Positions 36,717 through 48,733 are shown, numbered from the stretch's first letter. The stretch: 64,000 nucleotides of DNA from Candidatus Eiseniibacteriota bacterium (GCA_965224245.1 OZ245046.1:1248001-1312000); one strand, 5' to 3'. Program-made: numbers and translations. The notes: generated by a model from the letters alone, not told the origin.

Positions 36717-38095
36717 TGTGGACGGCCAGCCAGATCGCGCGCGTGACCGGTGGGCGATTGACCGATCCCGACCGGGCCGCGGCCAGCGTCCGCGGTGTGA
36801 GCATCGACACGCGCACGCTCGTGCCGGGCGAGGCCTATCTGGCGATCCGCGGTGAGCGACTGGACGGTCACGCGTTCGTGCCGGCCGCCTTCGAGCGGGG
36901 CGCGAGTCTGGCCGTCGTGGCCGCCGGAGACGATCCCGATGCGGCGCTGCCCGGCCCGGGCGTTCGCGTCGACGACACGCTCGAGGCACTCCACGCCCTC
37001 GCCGCAGCCGCTCGGGCCCGCACGGACGCCCACGTGGTGGCGGTGACCGGCTCGAACGGGAAGACCACGACGCGCGAGATGATCGCGCTCGGCCTCGGGG
37101 ACCCGCCACGCGTCCTTCAGCCCAGTGGGAACCGCAACAACCACATCGGGCTGCCGCTGACGCTGTGCAGCGCGACCGGCGCCCATCGGTTCGCGGTGCT
37201 GGAGATGGGCATGAGCCACCTGGGTGAGATCCACGTGCTCAGCCGGCTCGCGCGACCATCGCTCGCGGTCATCACGAACGTCGGCCGGGCCCACGTGGGA
37301 CCGGTGGGAGGGCTCGACCGGGTTCGCGAGGCGAAGCTCGAGATCGTCGACGGGCTCGACACCGATGCCCCGCTCCTCGTCGCTTCGGACGACGCGGAGC
37401 TCGTGGCGGCTGCGAGGGCGCGCTGGGCGCGTGTCGAGGTCGTCGGCCGGCGCGGTGAGCACCGGGTCACTCGCTTCGAACGGCGGACGGCCGGGGGTCA
37501 CGAGGTCGCGCTCGACGGCGGACCGGTGCTGGTCGTGCGTGCGCCCGGACGAGGCGCCGCGGCGGCGGCGGTGACGGCGATGGCCGTGGCGCGGGTCCTG
37601 GGGCTGGACCTCGAGGAGGTGGCCCGGCGGCTGTCACGATGGCGTCCGGTACCGGGAAGGCTCGCACTTCGGGACGGAAACGGGTATAGGGTGCTGGATG
37701 ACAGCTACAACGCGAATCCCGAGTCGATGGCGATGGCGCTGGAGACGCTCGCCGAGCTTCCGTGTGACGGACGGCGGATCGCCGTCCTCGGAGACATGCG
37801 TGAGCTGGGCGACTCGAGCGCCGACGCGCACCGCGAGCTCGGCGAGCGCGTGGGAGACGTCGACGCGGTCTATCTCGTCGGGGAGGCCGTGGCCGAGACC
37901 GCCCGGGTGGCCGGTGACCGGTTTCCGGAGATGCCCGTTTTCTACACTGGAGACGTGGACGTGTTGATCGATCGCGTGCGTCGGGACATCACCCCGGGTG
38001 ACCTCGTGCTCGTGAAGGCGTCCCGAAGCTCACGGCTCGAGCGCGTCGTCGACGCGCTCGTGATGGGGGCGCCGGACGGAGGAACCGCGGACTGA
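36713..38095 (+). CDS. murF: UDP-MurNAc-tripeptide--D-Ala-D-Ala ligase
   Basis: SIDTR, VTGSNGKTTT, NNHIGLPLT, EMGM.H.GEI, DDSYNANP, LGDMRELG, VKASR. Confidence 0.96.
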   Translation: MMWTASQIARVTGGRLTDPDRAAASVRGVSIDTRTLVPGEAYLAIRGERLDGHAFVPAAFERGASLAVVAAGDDPDAALPGPGVRVDDTLEALHALAAAARARTDAHVVAVTGSNGKTTTREMIALGLGDPPRVLQPSGNRNNHIGLPLTLCSATGAHRFAVLEMGMSHLGEIHVLSRLARPSLAVITNVGRAHVGPVGGLDRVREAKLEIVDGLDTDAPLLVASDDAELVAAARARWARVEVVGRRGEHRVTRFERRTAGGHEVALDGGPVLVVRAPGRGAAAAAVTAMAVARVLGLDLEEVARRLSRWRPVPGRLALRDGNGYRVLDDSYNANPESMAMALETLAELPCDGRRIAVLGDMRELGDSSADAHRELGERVGDVDAVYLVGEAVAETARVAGDRFPEMPVFYTGDVDVLIDRVRRDITPGDLVLVKASRSSRLERVVDALVMGAPDGGTAD

Positions 38096-39180
38096 TGCTG
38101 TACGAACTCCTGGTTCCCCTCGCCGACACCTTCTCGCCGTTCAACGTCTTTCGATACATCACGTTTCGGGCCGCCTGGGCCACCATCACGTCGTTGATGA
38201 TGGCCTTTCTGCTCGGGCCGTGGGTCATCCGCCGGCTGCGAGCGTTGCGCGTCGGCCAGCGCATTCGCGCCGAGGGTCCCGAGTCGCACCAGGCCAAGGA
38301 GGGCACCCCGACGATGGGCGGCGTGCTGATCGTCGGCGCCACGATTCTTCCGACGCTCCTGTGGGCGGATCTCAGGAACCCTTACGTGCAGCTCGCCGTG
38401 GTCTCGTGCATGACCCTCGGACTCCTGGGTTTTCTGGACGACTATCTCCTCGTGGTGAAGCGCTCGCGCCACGGCCTCCTGGGGCGATACAAGCTGGTCG
38501 TGCAGTTCGCGCTGGGCGCCGCCATCGGGCTCTCGATGGTGCTGGCCGCGCCTCAGGGCGAGATGACGCTGCGCACGACGGTGCCGTTCCTGAAGAACGT
38601 CCAGCCCACGCTCGGGCTGTGGATCATTCCGCTCGCGATGCTCGTGATCACCGCGACCTCCAACGCCGTGAATCTCGCAGATGGCCTCGACGGGCTCGCC
38701 GCCGGCATGGCGGCGCCACCGGCGCTCGTGTTCGCGGGCGTGGCCTATCTGTCGGGTCACGTGACGTTCTCGGACTACCTGAACATCCCGTACTTCTCGG
38801 GCGTCGGGGAGCTCAGCATCTTCTGCATGTCGATGGTCGGGGCGTGCCTGGGGTTCCTGTGGTTCAACGCGCACCCCGCCGAGGTGTTCATGGGCGACAC
38901 CGGCGCGCTCGCGCTCGGCGGCTCGCTGGGCACGGTGGCGGTGCTCCTGAAGCGCGAGCTCCTGCTGGTCATCGTGGGCGCACTCTTCGTCATGGAGGCG
39001 CTCTCGGTGATCATCCAGGTCATCGGCTATCGCACGACGGGGCGACGGGTGTTTCTGATGGCGCCGATCCACCATCACTTCGAGAAGCGCGGCTGGGCGG
39101 AGTCGCGCGTCGTGGTGCGGTTCTGGATCGTGGCCGCGCTCCTGGCGTTGTTCAGCCTCAGCACGCTGAAGCTGCAGTGA
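38095..39180 (+). CDS. mraY: Phospho-MurNAc-pentapeptide transferase
   Basis: K.GTPTMGG, GFLDDY, SNAVNLADGLDGL, FMGDTG, MAPIHHHFE. Confidence 0.97.
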   Translation: MLYELLVPLADTFSPFNVFRYITFRAAWATITSLMMAFLLGPWVIRRLRALRVGQRIRAEGPESHQAKEGTPTMGGVLIVGATILPTLLWADLRNPYVQLAVVSCMTLGLLGFLDDYLLVVKRSRHGLLGRYKLVVQFALGAAIGLSMVLAAPQGEMTLRTTVPFLKNVQPTLGLWIIPLAMLVITATSNAVNLADGLDGLAAGMAAPPALVFAGVAYLSGHVTFSDYLNIPYFSGVGELSIFCMSMVGACLGFLWFNAHPAEVFMGDTGALALGGSLGTVAVLLKRELLLVIVGALFVMEALSVIIQVIGYRTTGRRVFLMAPIHHHFEKRGWAESRVVVRFWIVAALLALFSLSTLKLQ

Positions 39181-40598
39181 TGGAGACGACCTTGCGCACG
39201 ACAGGCTGGCGAGAGCGACTCGACCGAGGCGGGGACGCCCTCATCGTGGGCTTCGGACGAAGCGGACGAGCGGCCGCGGAGCGGCTCGCCGAGCGGGGCT
39301 GGCGCCTGCGCGTGGCCGACGCGACGGACGTCCCCGCGGGGCCCGACGCGTCTCCGGGGCACCTCCCCGGAGCGGCCGGCATCGTTTCGGCGCGTTTTTG
39401 CGACGACGACCCGACCTCGCTCGACGGCGTCGCTCTCGTGGTCAAGAGTCCCGGAGTCTCCCGCGCGCATCCCCTGATCCAGGCGGCCCTCTCGCGATCG
39501 ATCCCGATCATCGCCGAGCTCGAGCTGGGCTGGGCGCTGGGCGCCGGCCGCTTCATCTCGGTGACGGGCTCCAACGGCAAGAGCACGACGACCGCGCTCA
39601 TCGCACACGTGCTCGCCACCGCGGGACTGGATGCGCACGCGTCGGGCAACATCGGGGAGCCGCTCTCCCACGCGACGTCGAAGGCGAGCGACCGGAGCGT
39701 CTTCGTGGTCGAGATCTCGAGCTTTCAGATCGAGGACCTCGTCGACTACGAGACCGACGTCGCGGTCCTTCTGAACGTGACGCCGGATCACCTGGATCGG
39801 CACGGTACGTTCGACGCGTACCGCGAGATCAAGGGCGCGCTTCTGGGGCGCGTGCGTGCGGGCGGGGTGCGCGTGATCAACGTGGACGATCCCGCGTCGC
39901 GGGGGTTCGTGGAGGCGTGGACGGAACGCGACCCCGCGGGCACGACGCTGATCTCGACGCGCGGTCCGGTTCCGCGAGGCGCCTATCTCGACGGCGACGA
40001 TCTCGTGCTGGCGCTCGGCGACCCCACGGCCGTGATCTCGCGCCGCGCGCTCTCGATCGCGGGACCGCACAACGTACAGAACGCACTGGCCGCGATGCTG
40101 GCCGCGGCGCTGCTCGGCGTGCCTGCGGTGACGCTGTCCGAGGCGCTGGCCACGTTCGAGCCGCTGCCGCATCGCCTGGAGCCCGTCGGTGCGCTGGGGG
40201 CGGTGCGGTTCGTGAACGACTCGAAGGCGACCAACCTCGACTCCCTGCGCGTGGCGCTGGCGTCGTTTCCAGACCCGGTGGTGCTGATCGCCGGCGGGCG
40301 CGACAAGGGCAGCCCGTTCGAGGACGTCCTGTCCGACGTGCGCGCCCGAACCACGCACGTCGTGCTGATCGGAGAGGCTCAGGATCGGATCGCCTCCGCG
40401 TGGGCGGGGGTGTCCCTGTCGCGGGCGGCGAGCCTGGACGCGGCGGTGCGCGAGGCCTATGCGCGCGCGCGACCGGCAGGGGTGGTTCTCCTGGCGCCGG
40501 GCTGCACGTCGTTCGACATGTTCACGAGCTTCGCCCACCGGGGCGACGCGTTTCGAGAGGTCGTCGCACGCCTGATCGAGGACGAGCGTCATGGATAG
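39180..40598 (+). CDS. murD: UDP-MurNAc-Ala--D-glutamate ligase
   Basis: SPGV, VTGSNGKSTT, GNIG, EISSFQ, DHLDRH, NDSKATN, PGCTSFDMF. Confidence 0.96.
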   Translation: METTLRTTGWRERLDRGGDALIVGFGRSGRAAAERLAERGWRLRVADATDVPAGPDASPGHLPGAAGIVSARFCDDDPTSLDGVALVVKSPGVSRAHPLIQAALSRSIPIIAELELGWALGAGRFISVTGSNGKSTTTALIAHVLATAGLDAHASGNIGEPLSHATSKASDRSVFVVEISSFQIEDLVDYETDVAVLLNVTPDHLDRHGTFDAYREIKGALLGRVRAGGVRVINVDDPASRGFVEAWTERDPAGTTLISTRGPVPRGAYLDGDDLVLALGDPTAVISRRALSIAGPHNVQNALAAMLAAALLGVPAVTLSEALATFEPLPHRLEPVGALGAVRFVNDSKATNLDSLRVALASFPDPVVLIAGGRDKGSPFEDVLSDVRARTTHVVLIGEAQDRIASAWAGVSLSRAASLDAAVREAYARARPAGVVLLAPGCTSFDMFTSFAHRGDAFREVVARLIEDERHG

Positions 40599-41745
40599 GC
40601 GAGGGCAGGCCGATCGCTGGCTCCTGGGCGCGGTCGGACTTCTGGTGGGGCTCGGGCTGGTGTTCCTGTACTCCTCCAGCGCCTGGGTCTCCGAGCGCGC
40701 GACGGACTCGGCGCACCGCATGCTGCTGAACCAGGCGGTGAAGGCCGTCGTCGGCATCGCGTTGCTCGTCGGCCTCGGACAGCTCGACTATCGGCGTCTC
40801 GCCGGCCGCTGGGCCTGGGTCGCCTGGGGCGGAACCACACTGCTCCTCCTGTATCTGGCGCTCCCGCACCCCTGGAAGGAGAGCATCCGGCACACCGATC
40901 GCTGGATCCGCGTGGGACCGATGAGTGTCCAGCCCTCCGAGTTCGCGCGCGTGGCGATGATCGTGTCGATGTCGGCGCTGATCGCGAACCGGGTGCACTG
41001 GCCGCGTGGGACCGAGCGCAAGGAGTGGGCGATCGTCGCGGCGTTGGCCGTGGTGCCGATCGGACTCGTGCTCTCTCAACCGAACTTCGGCACCGCGATG
41101 GCGATGGGCGCCAGCGCTCTCGCGTTGCTCGTGCTGGCCGGCATCCCCTGGCGGGTGCTCGCGCCGTCCGGAGCGAGTCTGGTGGGCGTCGCGGCACTGC
41201 TGACGCTGCGATTCTCGTATCCACTCGAGCGGATACGAAGCTGGTGGGCGGGGGTTCAGGACTTCGACGCCCTGCAGTTCCAGATCAAGCAAGGCGTCAT
41301 CGCTCTGGGATCGGGTGGGCTCACCGGCGTGGGGCTGGGCCGTTCCCTTCAGAAGCGCCAGTTCGTGCCCGACCCGCACACCGATCTGATCCTCGCGATC
41401 ATCGGCGAGGAGGTCGGCTTCATCGGAGTGCTCGTGCTCCTCGCGCTGTTCGCCATCGTCTTGTGGCGGGGCCTCCGGATCGCAGCGCGGGCGCCGGACA
41501 CGTTCGGCTACCTGCTCGCGGCCGGGCTCACGGTGCAGATCGGTCTGTACTTCGTCCTCAACGCCGCCGTCGTGACCGGCCTGATGCCGGTCACGGGCCT
41601 GCCGCTGCCGTTCGTGAGTTACGGGGGATCGGCGCTGATTGCGAACCTGGCGGCCGTCGGCGTGCTCCTGAGCGTCTCTCGAGCCGCGTCGTGGAGCCGG
41701 CGTCCGGTGACGCAGCGTGTCGTGCACGTGGGGGTGCGTCCATGA
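40591..41745 (+). CDS. ftsW: SEDS peptidoglycan polymerase FtsW
   Basis: RWI..G..SVQPSEF, QPNFGT, GGLTGVG, P.PHTD.I..IIGEE.G, P.TGLPLPFVSYGGS. Confidence 0.95.
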   Translation: MDRRGQADRWLLGAVGLLVGLGLVFLYSSSAWVSERATDSAHRMLLNQAVKAVVGIALLVGLGQLDYRRLAGRWAWVAWGGTTLLLLYLALPHPWKESIRHTDRWIRVGPMSVQPSEFARVAMIVSMSALIANRVHWPRGTERKEWAIVAALAVVPIGLVLSQPNFGTAMAMGASALALLVLAGIPWRVLAPSGASLVGVAALLTLRFSYPLERIRSWWAGVQDFDALQFQIKQGVIALGSGGLTGVGLGRSLQKRQFVPDPHTDLILAIIGEEVGFIGVLVLLALFAIVLWRGLRIAARAPDTFGYLLAAGLTVQIGLYFVLNAAVVTGLMPVTGLPLPFVSYGGSALIANLAAVGVLLSVSRAASWSRRPVTQRVVHVGVRP

Positions 41746-43181
41746 GCCGGCCCAAGCGCGTGATGATCGCCGGCGGTGGAACCGGGGGACACGTGTTCCC
41801 CGGGCTCGCGGTCGCCGAGGCCCTCAAGCGCGTTCGTCGCGACTGCGAGATCCGCTTCGTGGGGACCGACCGGGGCCTCGAGAACAAGGTGATCCCCGGC
41901 GCCGGGTTCGATCTGTGGACGCTGCCGGTGCGGGGGATGCCGCGCCGGCCGGGGCTCGCCCAGCTGAACGCGGCCGTCCAGTTCGTCCGCAGCCTCGTGA
42001 TCACGTTCGCGTGGTTCACGAAGTGGCGTCCCGACGTGATTCTCGGAACCGGGGGCTACGTCAGCGCGCCCCCGATCGTGGTGGGTCGACTGTTCCGGAT
42101 ACCGATCCTGCTCCAGGAGCAGAACGCGGTGCCGGGAGCGGTCAACCGGCTCCTGTCGCGGCTGGCGACCGAGGTGCACGTGAACTTCGCGGGCGCGCGG
42201 CGCTTTTTCCGCCGGCGCGACCATCTTCGCCTGAGCGGCAATCCGCTCCGCCCCGGGCTCCTGGCCGGCAGCCGGAATCGCGCATACGAGCGCTTCGGTC
42301 TGTCTCCCAAGCGCCAGACCGTGGTGGTCCTGGGCGGAAGCGCCGGTGCGAGCTCGATCAACCGCGCGATCGCGGATGCCGCGTCCAAGATCGAGACGCG
42401 CGAGCCGCTGCAGTTCCTCGTCCAGTCCGGGGAGTCGGATCTGGCCTGGATGCGCGAGCGGCTCGAGACCTGTCCGTTCCCGGCCAAGGTGCTCGCGTTC
42501 GTGAACCAGATCGACGATGCCTACACGGTCGCCGACGTGATCGTCTGTCGCGCCGGCGCGATGACGGTGTCGGAGGTCGCGGCCACCGGCGTACCGGCCA
42601 TCTTCGTGCCGTACCCGTACGCGACCGACAACCACCAGCGCCTGAACGCCGAGGAGATGGTCGATCGCGGTGCGGCGCTGATGATCCTCGACGCCGAACT
42701 CGACGGAGATCGGCTGGCCGCCGAGCTACAGACGCTCATCCGCGATCCGATACGCCGTCGGCGGATGGCCTCCAGCGCGCGGGGAAGCGCGCGGTTCGAT
42801 GCAGCGGACGTGATCGCCAGCGCCCTTCTGGCCCGGATCCCCGAGCCGCGGGCGGACGAGGCCGCCGCCGGCGACGAGGACCGGGCGGCCCGTGGCGCGT
42901 CGGACAACGGCAAGCACCGGGGACGCGGTGACGGTCGCGGCCGTGATCGACGTCAGAGGGGATCGCGCGCGTCTCCCAGCCGGGGAGGAAGCGGCGACGC
43001 CAGAAGCCGCTCGAGTCGCGCGCGAAGCAAACCCAAGGCCGACGAGGCGCGGACCGCCGATCGGGCCCCGAACGCGGAATCCACGAAGGACGCTGCTGGC
43101 CGAGACACCGCCGGCGGTCAGCGCGGGCCCCGTCGTCGCCGACGGGGACGACGCCGGTCCAAGCCAGCGGAGCGAGACTAG
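41742..43181 (+). CDS. murG: MurG GlcNAc transferase with an Arg-rich C-terminal extension of about 110 aa
   Basis: GGGTGGHVFP, GGYVS, EQN, GNP.R, GGS.GA, RAGA.TV.E, P.P...HQ..NA. Confidence 0.95.
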   Translation: MSRPKRVMIAGGGTGGHVFPGLAVAEALKRVRRDCEIRFVGTDRGLENKVIPGAGFDLWTLPVRGMPRRPGLAQLNAAVQFVRSLVITFAWFTKWRPDVILGTGGYVSAPPIVVGRLFRIPILLQEQNAVPGAVNRLLSRLATEVHVNFAGARRFFRRRDHLRLSGNPLRPGLLAGSRNRAYERFGLSPKRQTVVVLGGSAGASSINRAIADAASKIETREPLQFLVQSGESDLAWMRERLETCPFPAKVLAFVNQIDDAYTVADVIVCRAGAMTVSEVAATGVPAIFVPYPYATDNHQRLNAEEMVDRGAALMILDAELDGDRLAAELQTLIRDPIRRRRMASSARGSARFDAADVIASALLARIPEPRADEAAAGDEDRAARGASDNGKHRGRGDGRGRDRRQRGSRASPSRGGSGDARSRSSRARSKPKADEARTADRAPNAESTKDAAGRDTAGGQRGPRRRRRGRRRSKPAERD

Positions 43182-43182
43182 G

Positions 43183-44561
<1,379 letters not shown>

Positions 44562-44565
<4 letters not shown>

Positions 44566-45428
44566 TCCGTGTCGTCTCGAAGCGCCGCCGCCGGCGCGAG
44601 CGCGCCCATCGGGTGACCCGAGCCGCGCGCGTGCTCCTCGTGCGCGTGGCACCGGCTGCGCTGCTGCTGGCGCTCGCGGTCGAGCTGTGGCCGACGGCGA
44701 TGGGTGCGCTGACGAACGCCCCGCTCCTGGCGATCGACGACGTCCGCGTGCGCGGCCACCGGTTCGTGACGCCGCGGGAGGTGGCCGAGATCGCCGGCAT
44801 CTACCCCGGCGCGTCGCTCGTGGGCGTCGACTCGCGGGCGGCGGCCAGCCGGCTGCTCCTGCACCCCCGCATCGCCAGGGCGGACATCGACTACGTGTTT
44901 CCCCGGAGCGTCCGGATCTCGCTGGAGGAGCGCCTTCCGGCCGCGCTCGTGGAGTGCGACTCGCTGATGCCGATCTCGCGCGAGGGCATCGTGCTGACCC
45001 GTGTGCCCGGGCGGCCGCTGGAAGATCTGCCGGTGATCCTGCCGCCACCGGGGTGGGTGGTGGAGGTCTCGCGCCTGAAGGGCGCCGGTGTCGACGACGC
45101 GCTGGCGTTCATCGAGACGATCGAGCACGTCTCCCCGGGGCTGGCGTCGTCGATCTCGCTGGTGGATCTGAGACGACGCGAGATCGCCGAGGTGTTCGTG
45201 GACTCGCTCGGCCTATCGCTGATCTACGAGCCGGATGGTGACTGGAGCACCCAGGTTCGCATGCTGCCGGGCGTGGTGGCGCATCTGAACGAGACCGGCG
45301 TGGGGGGGGTGACGCTCGATCTCCGGTTCCGAGACCAGATCGTCCAGCGGGGCGATGGACGGCCGCTCGCGATGAACGATTCGCGGACGCGACCCCGAAC
45401 GCGGCGCGCGATTCGCGCGCTCCGGTGA
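44562..45428 (+). CDS. ftsQ: Cell division protein FtsQ/DivIB
   Basis: Basic N-terminus, TM helix, POTRA domain (V.G...V..HPRI..A.I...FP..V.I.LEER.P), C-terminal DLRFRDQIV. Confidence 0.85.
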
Positions 45429-45527
45429 AATCCGTTCTTGACACTGCGCGTGAAACGCGCGAAGAACCGACAAAACGCCTGTGACGCGCACCGCCCGGTG
45501 CGCCCGGCTCGTGAGGGAGGCAATCGA

Positions 45528-46769
45528 ATGGATTCGATGCAGATTGAAATGGTATCCGATCCGCCGAAGGGGCAGGCCGAGCTCACCGTCGTCGGACTCG
45601 GCGGCGCCGGGGGTAACGCCGTCCGGCGGATGATCGAGTCGTCCCTCACGGGTGTCACCTACGTCGTCGGGAACACCGATGCCCAGGCGCTCCGCGATTC
45701 GCCCGCCGACGTGAAGCTGCAGATGGGCGAGAGCCTGACCGGCGGGCTCGGCTCCGGCGGCAACCCCGAGACCGGGCGTCTGGCCGCCGAGGAGAGCCGA
45801 GAGGACCTCGAGGCCGCCATCACCAACGCCGACATGGTCTTCATCGCCGCCGGCATGGGCGGGGGGACCGGGACGGGCTCGTCGCCGATCGTGGCCGAGC
45901 TGGCGAAGGCCGCGGGTGCGCTGACGGTGGCCGTGGTCACGCGCCCGTTCATCTTCGAGGGACGTCCCCGGATCAAGGCGGCGGAGACCGGCCTGAAGGA
46001 GCTCCGCAAGCACGTCGACACGCTGATCGAGATCCCGAACCAGCGCCTCCTGTCGATCGCATCGCCCGACACCACGTATCCCGACGCGATGAAGCTGGCC
46101 GACGAGGTGCTCGTGAACGCCACGCGCGGCATCACGGACATCATCCTCCGCTCGGGCGACATCAACGTCGACTTCGCCGACGTGCGCGCGGTCATGCAGG
46201 ATCGCGGAAACGCGCTCATGGGATGCGGTCGTGCGTCCGGGGCCGATCGCGCGGTCAAGGCCGCGCAGATGGCGATCCAGAGCCCCCTGCTGAACGACGT
46301 GAACATCGACGGTGCGCAGGCGCTCCTGGTGAACATCACCGGCGGCCCCAACATGACGCTCCACGAGGTCGCCGACGCGACGTCGGTCATCGTGAACGCC
46401 GCCGGTGATCAGGCCGAGGTCATCTTCGGAACGGTCGTGGATCCGGACATGGACGAGGAGCTCTCGATCACGCTCATCGCGACCGGCTTCGACACGCCCG
46501 CGAAGCGCGTGCTGCCGATCGCCGACAACGGCCGCGAGACGCGGTCGACGCCCCACGAGCCGAACGCTCACGAGGCCGACGCGCCCGAGAGCTCGGTCAG
46601 CGAACGACTCGTCGCGGAGGCCGGGGGCGACGGCGTCGTCGCCGACGACGCCGATGAGCGCGACGCGACGGCGAGCCCGGATCGTGAGGCCGCCGCCGAG
46701 GCGCCGCGACGGCGAGACTGGATCGTCGGACGAGATCGCCCCATGTTCATGAAGCGCCGGGTCGAGTGA
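45528..46769 (+). CDS. ftsZ: Cell division protein FtsZ
   Basis: GLGGAGGNAV, NTDAQAL, AGMGGGTGTG, PF.FEG, INVDFADV, IATGF; GGGAGG RBS. Confidence 0.98.
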   Translation: MDSMQIEMVSDPPKGQAELTVVGLGGAGGNAVRRMIESSLTGVTYVVGNTDAQALRDSPADVKLQMGESLTGGLGSGGNPETGRLAAEESREDLEAAITNADMVFIAAGMGGGTGTGSSPIVAELAKAAGALTVAVVTRPFIFEGRPRIKAAETGLKELRKHVDTLIEIPNQRLLSIASPDTTYPDAMKLADEVLVNATRGITDIILRSGDINVDFADVRAVMQDRGNALMGCGRASGADRAVKAAQMAIQSPLLNDVNIDGAQALLVNITGGPNMTLHEVADATSVIVNAAGDQAEVIFGTVVDPDMDEELSITLIATGFDTPAKRVLPIADNGRETRSTPHEPNAHEADAPESSVSERLVAEAGGDGVVADDADERDATASPDREAAAEAPRRRDWIVGRDRPMFMKRRVE

Positions 46770-46889
46770 GGGACGGCGCGGTCCCTCGGGGCGGTGGCCG
46801 ACCGGCTCGAAACCGCCGTTCCTCTGCCGCGCGAGGTCGGCCGTTTTCGGATGCCCTGCGCCGTGGACGTCATGGCGACGCGAGCGCGT

Positions 46890-46921
46890 GACGAAGTAGT
46901 AAGGCGGACGAAGTAGTAGGG
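46890..46921 (+). promoter_or_regulatory. Direct repeat GACGAAGTAGTA(A/G)GG x2 upstream of the TPR gene
   Basis: Copies start at 46890 and 46907 (17-bp period) in intergenic DNA. Confidence 0.45.
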
Positions 46922-46971
46922 CGTCCGTGCGTCCACGTCACCGTCGCGTACCCACAGCCCAGGCATCCCAC

Positions 46972-48618
46972 GTGAACATCTTCCGGCGCTTCTTCTCCCG
47001 TCACGCACATCGGGCCTACGCCCGCGGCATGGACGCCTACAATCGCGGCGATCATGCCGGGGCGGCCGATGCCTTCCACGAGGTGCTTCGGGAGGCCGGA
47101 GAGAAGAGCCCCGTCTACGTCCTGAGCGAGTTCTTCGTGACGCAGAGCCTGGTCCACCTGGGCCGTGCGCAGCTCGAGGCGGGCGATCTGGACGCGTCCG
47201 AGCGCACCCTGACCGAGGTGGCCGAGAAGCACCCCGAGTTCCCGGACGTTCAGCTGATGATCGGACGCATCGCCCGTGCTCGCGGACACATCGAGGATGC
47301 GGCGGCTGCGTGGCGTCGCGCGCTCGCGACCAACCCGCGGTACGCCGAGGCACGGTTCGCGCTCGGACGCCTGGAGCGCTCGCGGGGCGATCTGGCCGCG
47401 GCTGCGGAGCACTTCCGCGCGCTCGCCGACGCGCGCCCGTCGGGGGCCGACGGCGACACCCCGCTCGAGCTGCCACCCGCGTGGCTCGACGGTCGCCCGT
47501 GGCCCGCGGACGCCCCCGAGAGCGAGGAGGCCGCGGCCAACCGGATCGAGCGGGCGCTCGGGAGCCCCAGGGCCAGCACGGCGCACGTCGCCGAGGGCGT
47601 CCGTGCCTACCACGAGGGGGACCTGACCGGTGCGCTGGCCGCGTTCGATCGGGCCGTCACGTCCGCACCGGGACACCCGGACGTCCGATGTCGCCGGGCG
47701 ACCGTGCTCGCCGAGCTGGGGCGGATCGCGGATGCCCGCCGGGATCTCGACGAGGCCCTCCAGAAGAACCCGGCGTTTGCCGAGGCGCGGATCAAGCGAG
47801 GCGTGCTGCGCTTCGACGCGGCGGACTACGCCGGTGCGGAGCGGGACTTCCGCGCGCTCGCGGACGTCGACCCGGACAACGCCGAGCTGCGCCTCCTGCT
47901 CGGCCTGAGCCTTCTCCGGGGCGGTCGGATCGAGTCGGCTCGCGACGAGCTGTCGGTCGCCCACGACGATCCCACGATCCGGGCGCGCGCCGTGGTGCCG
48001 CTGGCCGAGGCGCTGTGCGCGCTGGACGAGCCGTGGACGGCCCGCGAACACCTGGACGCGCACGAGTCGATGGAGGCGCGCTGCCTTCTGGGGCGCGTCC
48101 ATCTCCACCTCGGCGAGCCGCATCGCGCGATCGCGGTGCTGGAGCCGCTTCTGTACGAGCCGGGTGCGCCCCCGGAGGCCGCGCTCGCGCTCGCGCGCGC
48201 GCATCAGCGTGTGGGGGACAAGGGCGACGCTCACGCCGCGGCCGAGGTCGCGCTCGGTCACGCGTCCACGCACGACGAGGCGCGTCTCCTGACCGCGGAG
48301 CTCGCGCTGGACTCGGGCAACCACGAGGATGCGCTCTCGTGGCTCCGCGGCACGTCGCCCGAGCGGCGGCACCAGTACGATGCCGCCGTGCTGGAGGGAC
48401 GCGCGCTGACCCGTGCGGGACGGCGGGACGAGGCGCGCGTCGTGCTCGAGCGCGCGCTGGAGATCGGCCCCTCGCCGATCGACGCGATGCGTGCCCTGGC
48501 GGCGCTGAATGCCGACGGCGAGCCTCGCGGAAACGCGATGCCCGGCGCGGGCGATGCGTTCGCCCCCAGCGCGCCGTCGCCGCTGTGGCCCCGCGGCCAC
48601 TCCCCACGCGCGGCCTGA
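46972..48618 (+). CDS. Tetratricopeptide-repeat protein
   Basis: Repeated TPR motifs with P.(F/Y)(P/A)(D/E) turns (HPEFPDV, NPRYAEA, PGHPDV, NPAFAEA); start uncertain. Confidence 0.85.
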   Translation: MNIFRRFFSRHAHRAYARGMDAYNRGDHAGAADAFHEVLREAGEKSPVYVLSEFFVTQSLVHLGRAQLEAGDLDASERTLTEVAEKHPEFPDVQLMIGRIARARGHIEDAAAAWRRALATNPRYAEARFALGRLERSRGDLAAAAEHFRALADARPSGADGDTPLELPPAWLDGRPWPADAPESEEAAANRIERALGSPRASTAHVAEGVRAYHEGDLTGALAAFDRAVTSAPGHPDVRCRRATVLAELGRIADARRDLDEALQKNPAFAEARIKRGVLRFDAADYAGAERDFRALADVDPDNAELRLLLGLSLLRGGRIESARDELSVAHDDPTIRARAVVPLAEALCALDEPWTAREHLDAHESMEARCLLGRVHLHLGEPHRAIAVLEPLLYEPGAPPEAALALARAHQRVGDKGDAHAAAEVALGHASTHDEARLLTAELALDSGNHEDALSWLRGTSPERRHQYDAAVLEGRALTRAGRRDEARVVLERALEIGPSPIDAMRALAALNADGEPRGNAMPGAGDAFAPSAPSPLWPRGHSPRAA

Positions 48619-48653
48619 GCACGCGGTGGGCTTCGCTCGTCTCCACAATTCGC

Positions 48654-48682
48654 TTGCCAACTTGCACTTGACGCCATAGCAT
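48654..48682 (+). promoter_or_regulatory. sigma70 promoter of the DUF6754 module
   Basis: TTGCCA-17 nt-TAGCAT, about 50 nt upstream of GAGGAG and the ATG at 48734. Confidence 0.6.
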
Positions 48683-48733
48683 GCGCCGCGTTCCGCGAGT
48701 TCCGTCTCGTCCGGCCTCCCTCCGAGGAGTTGC

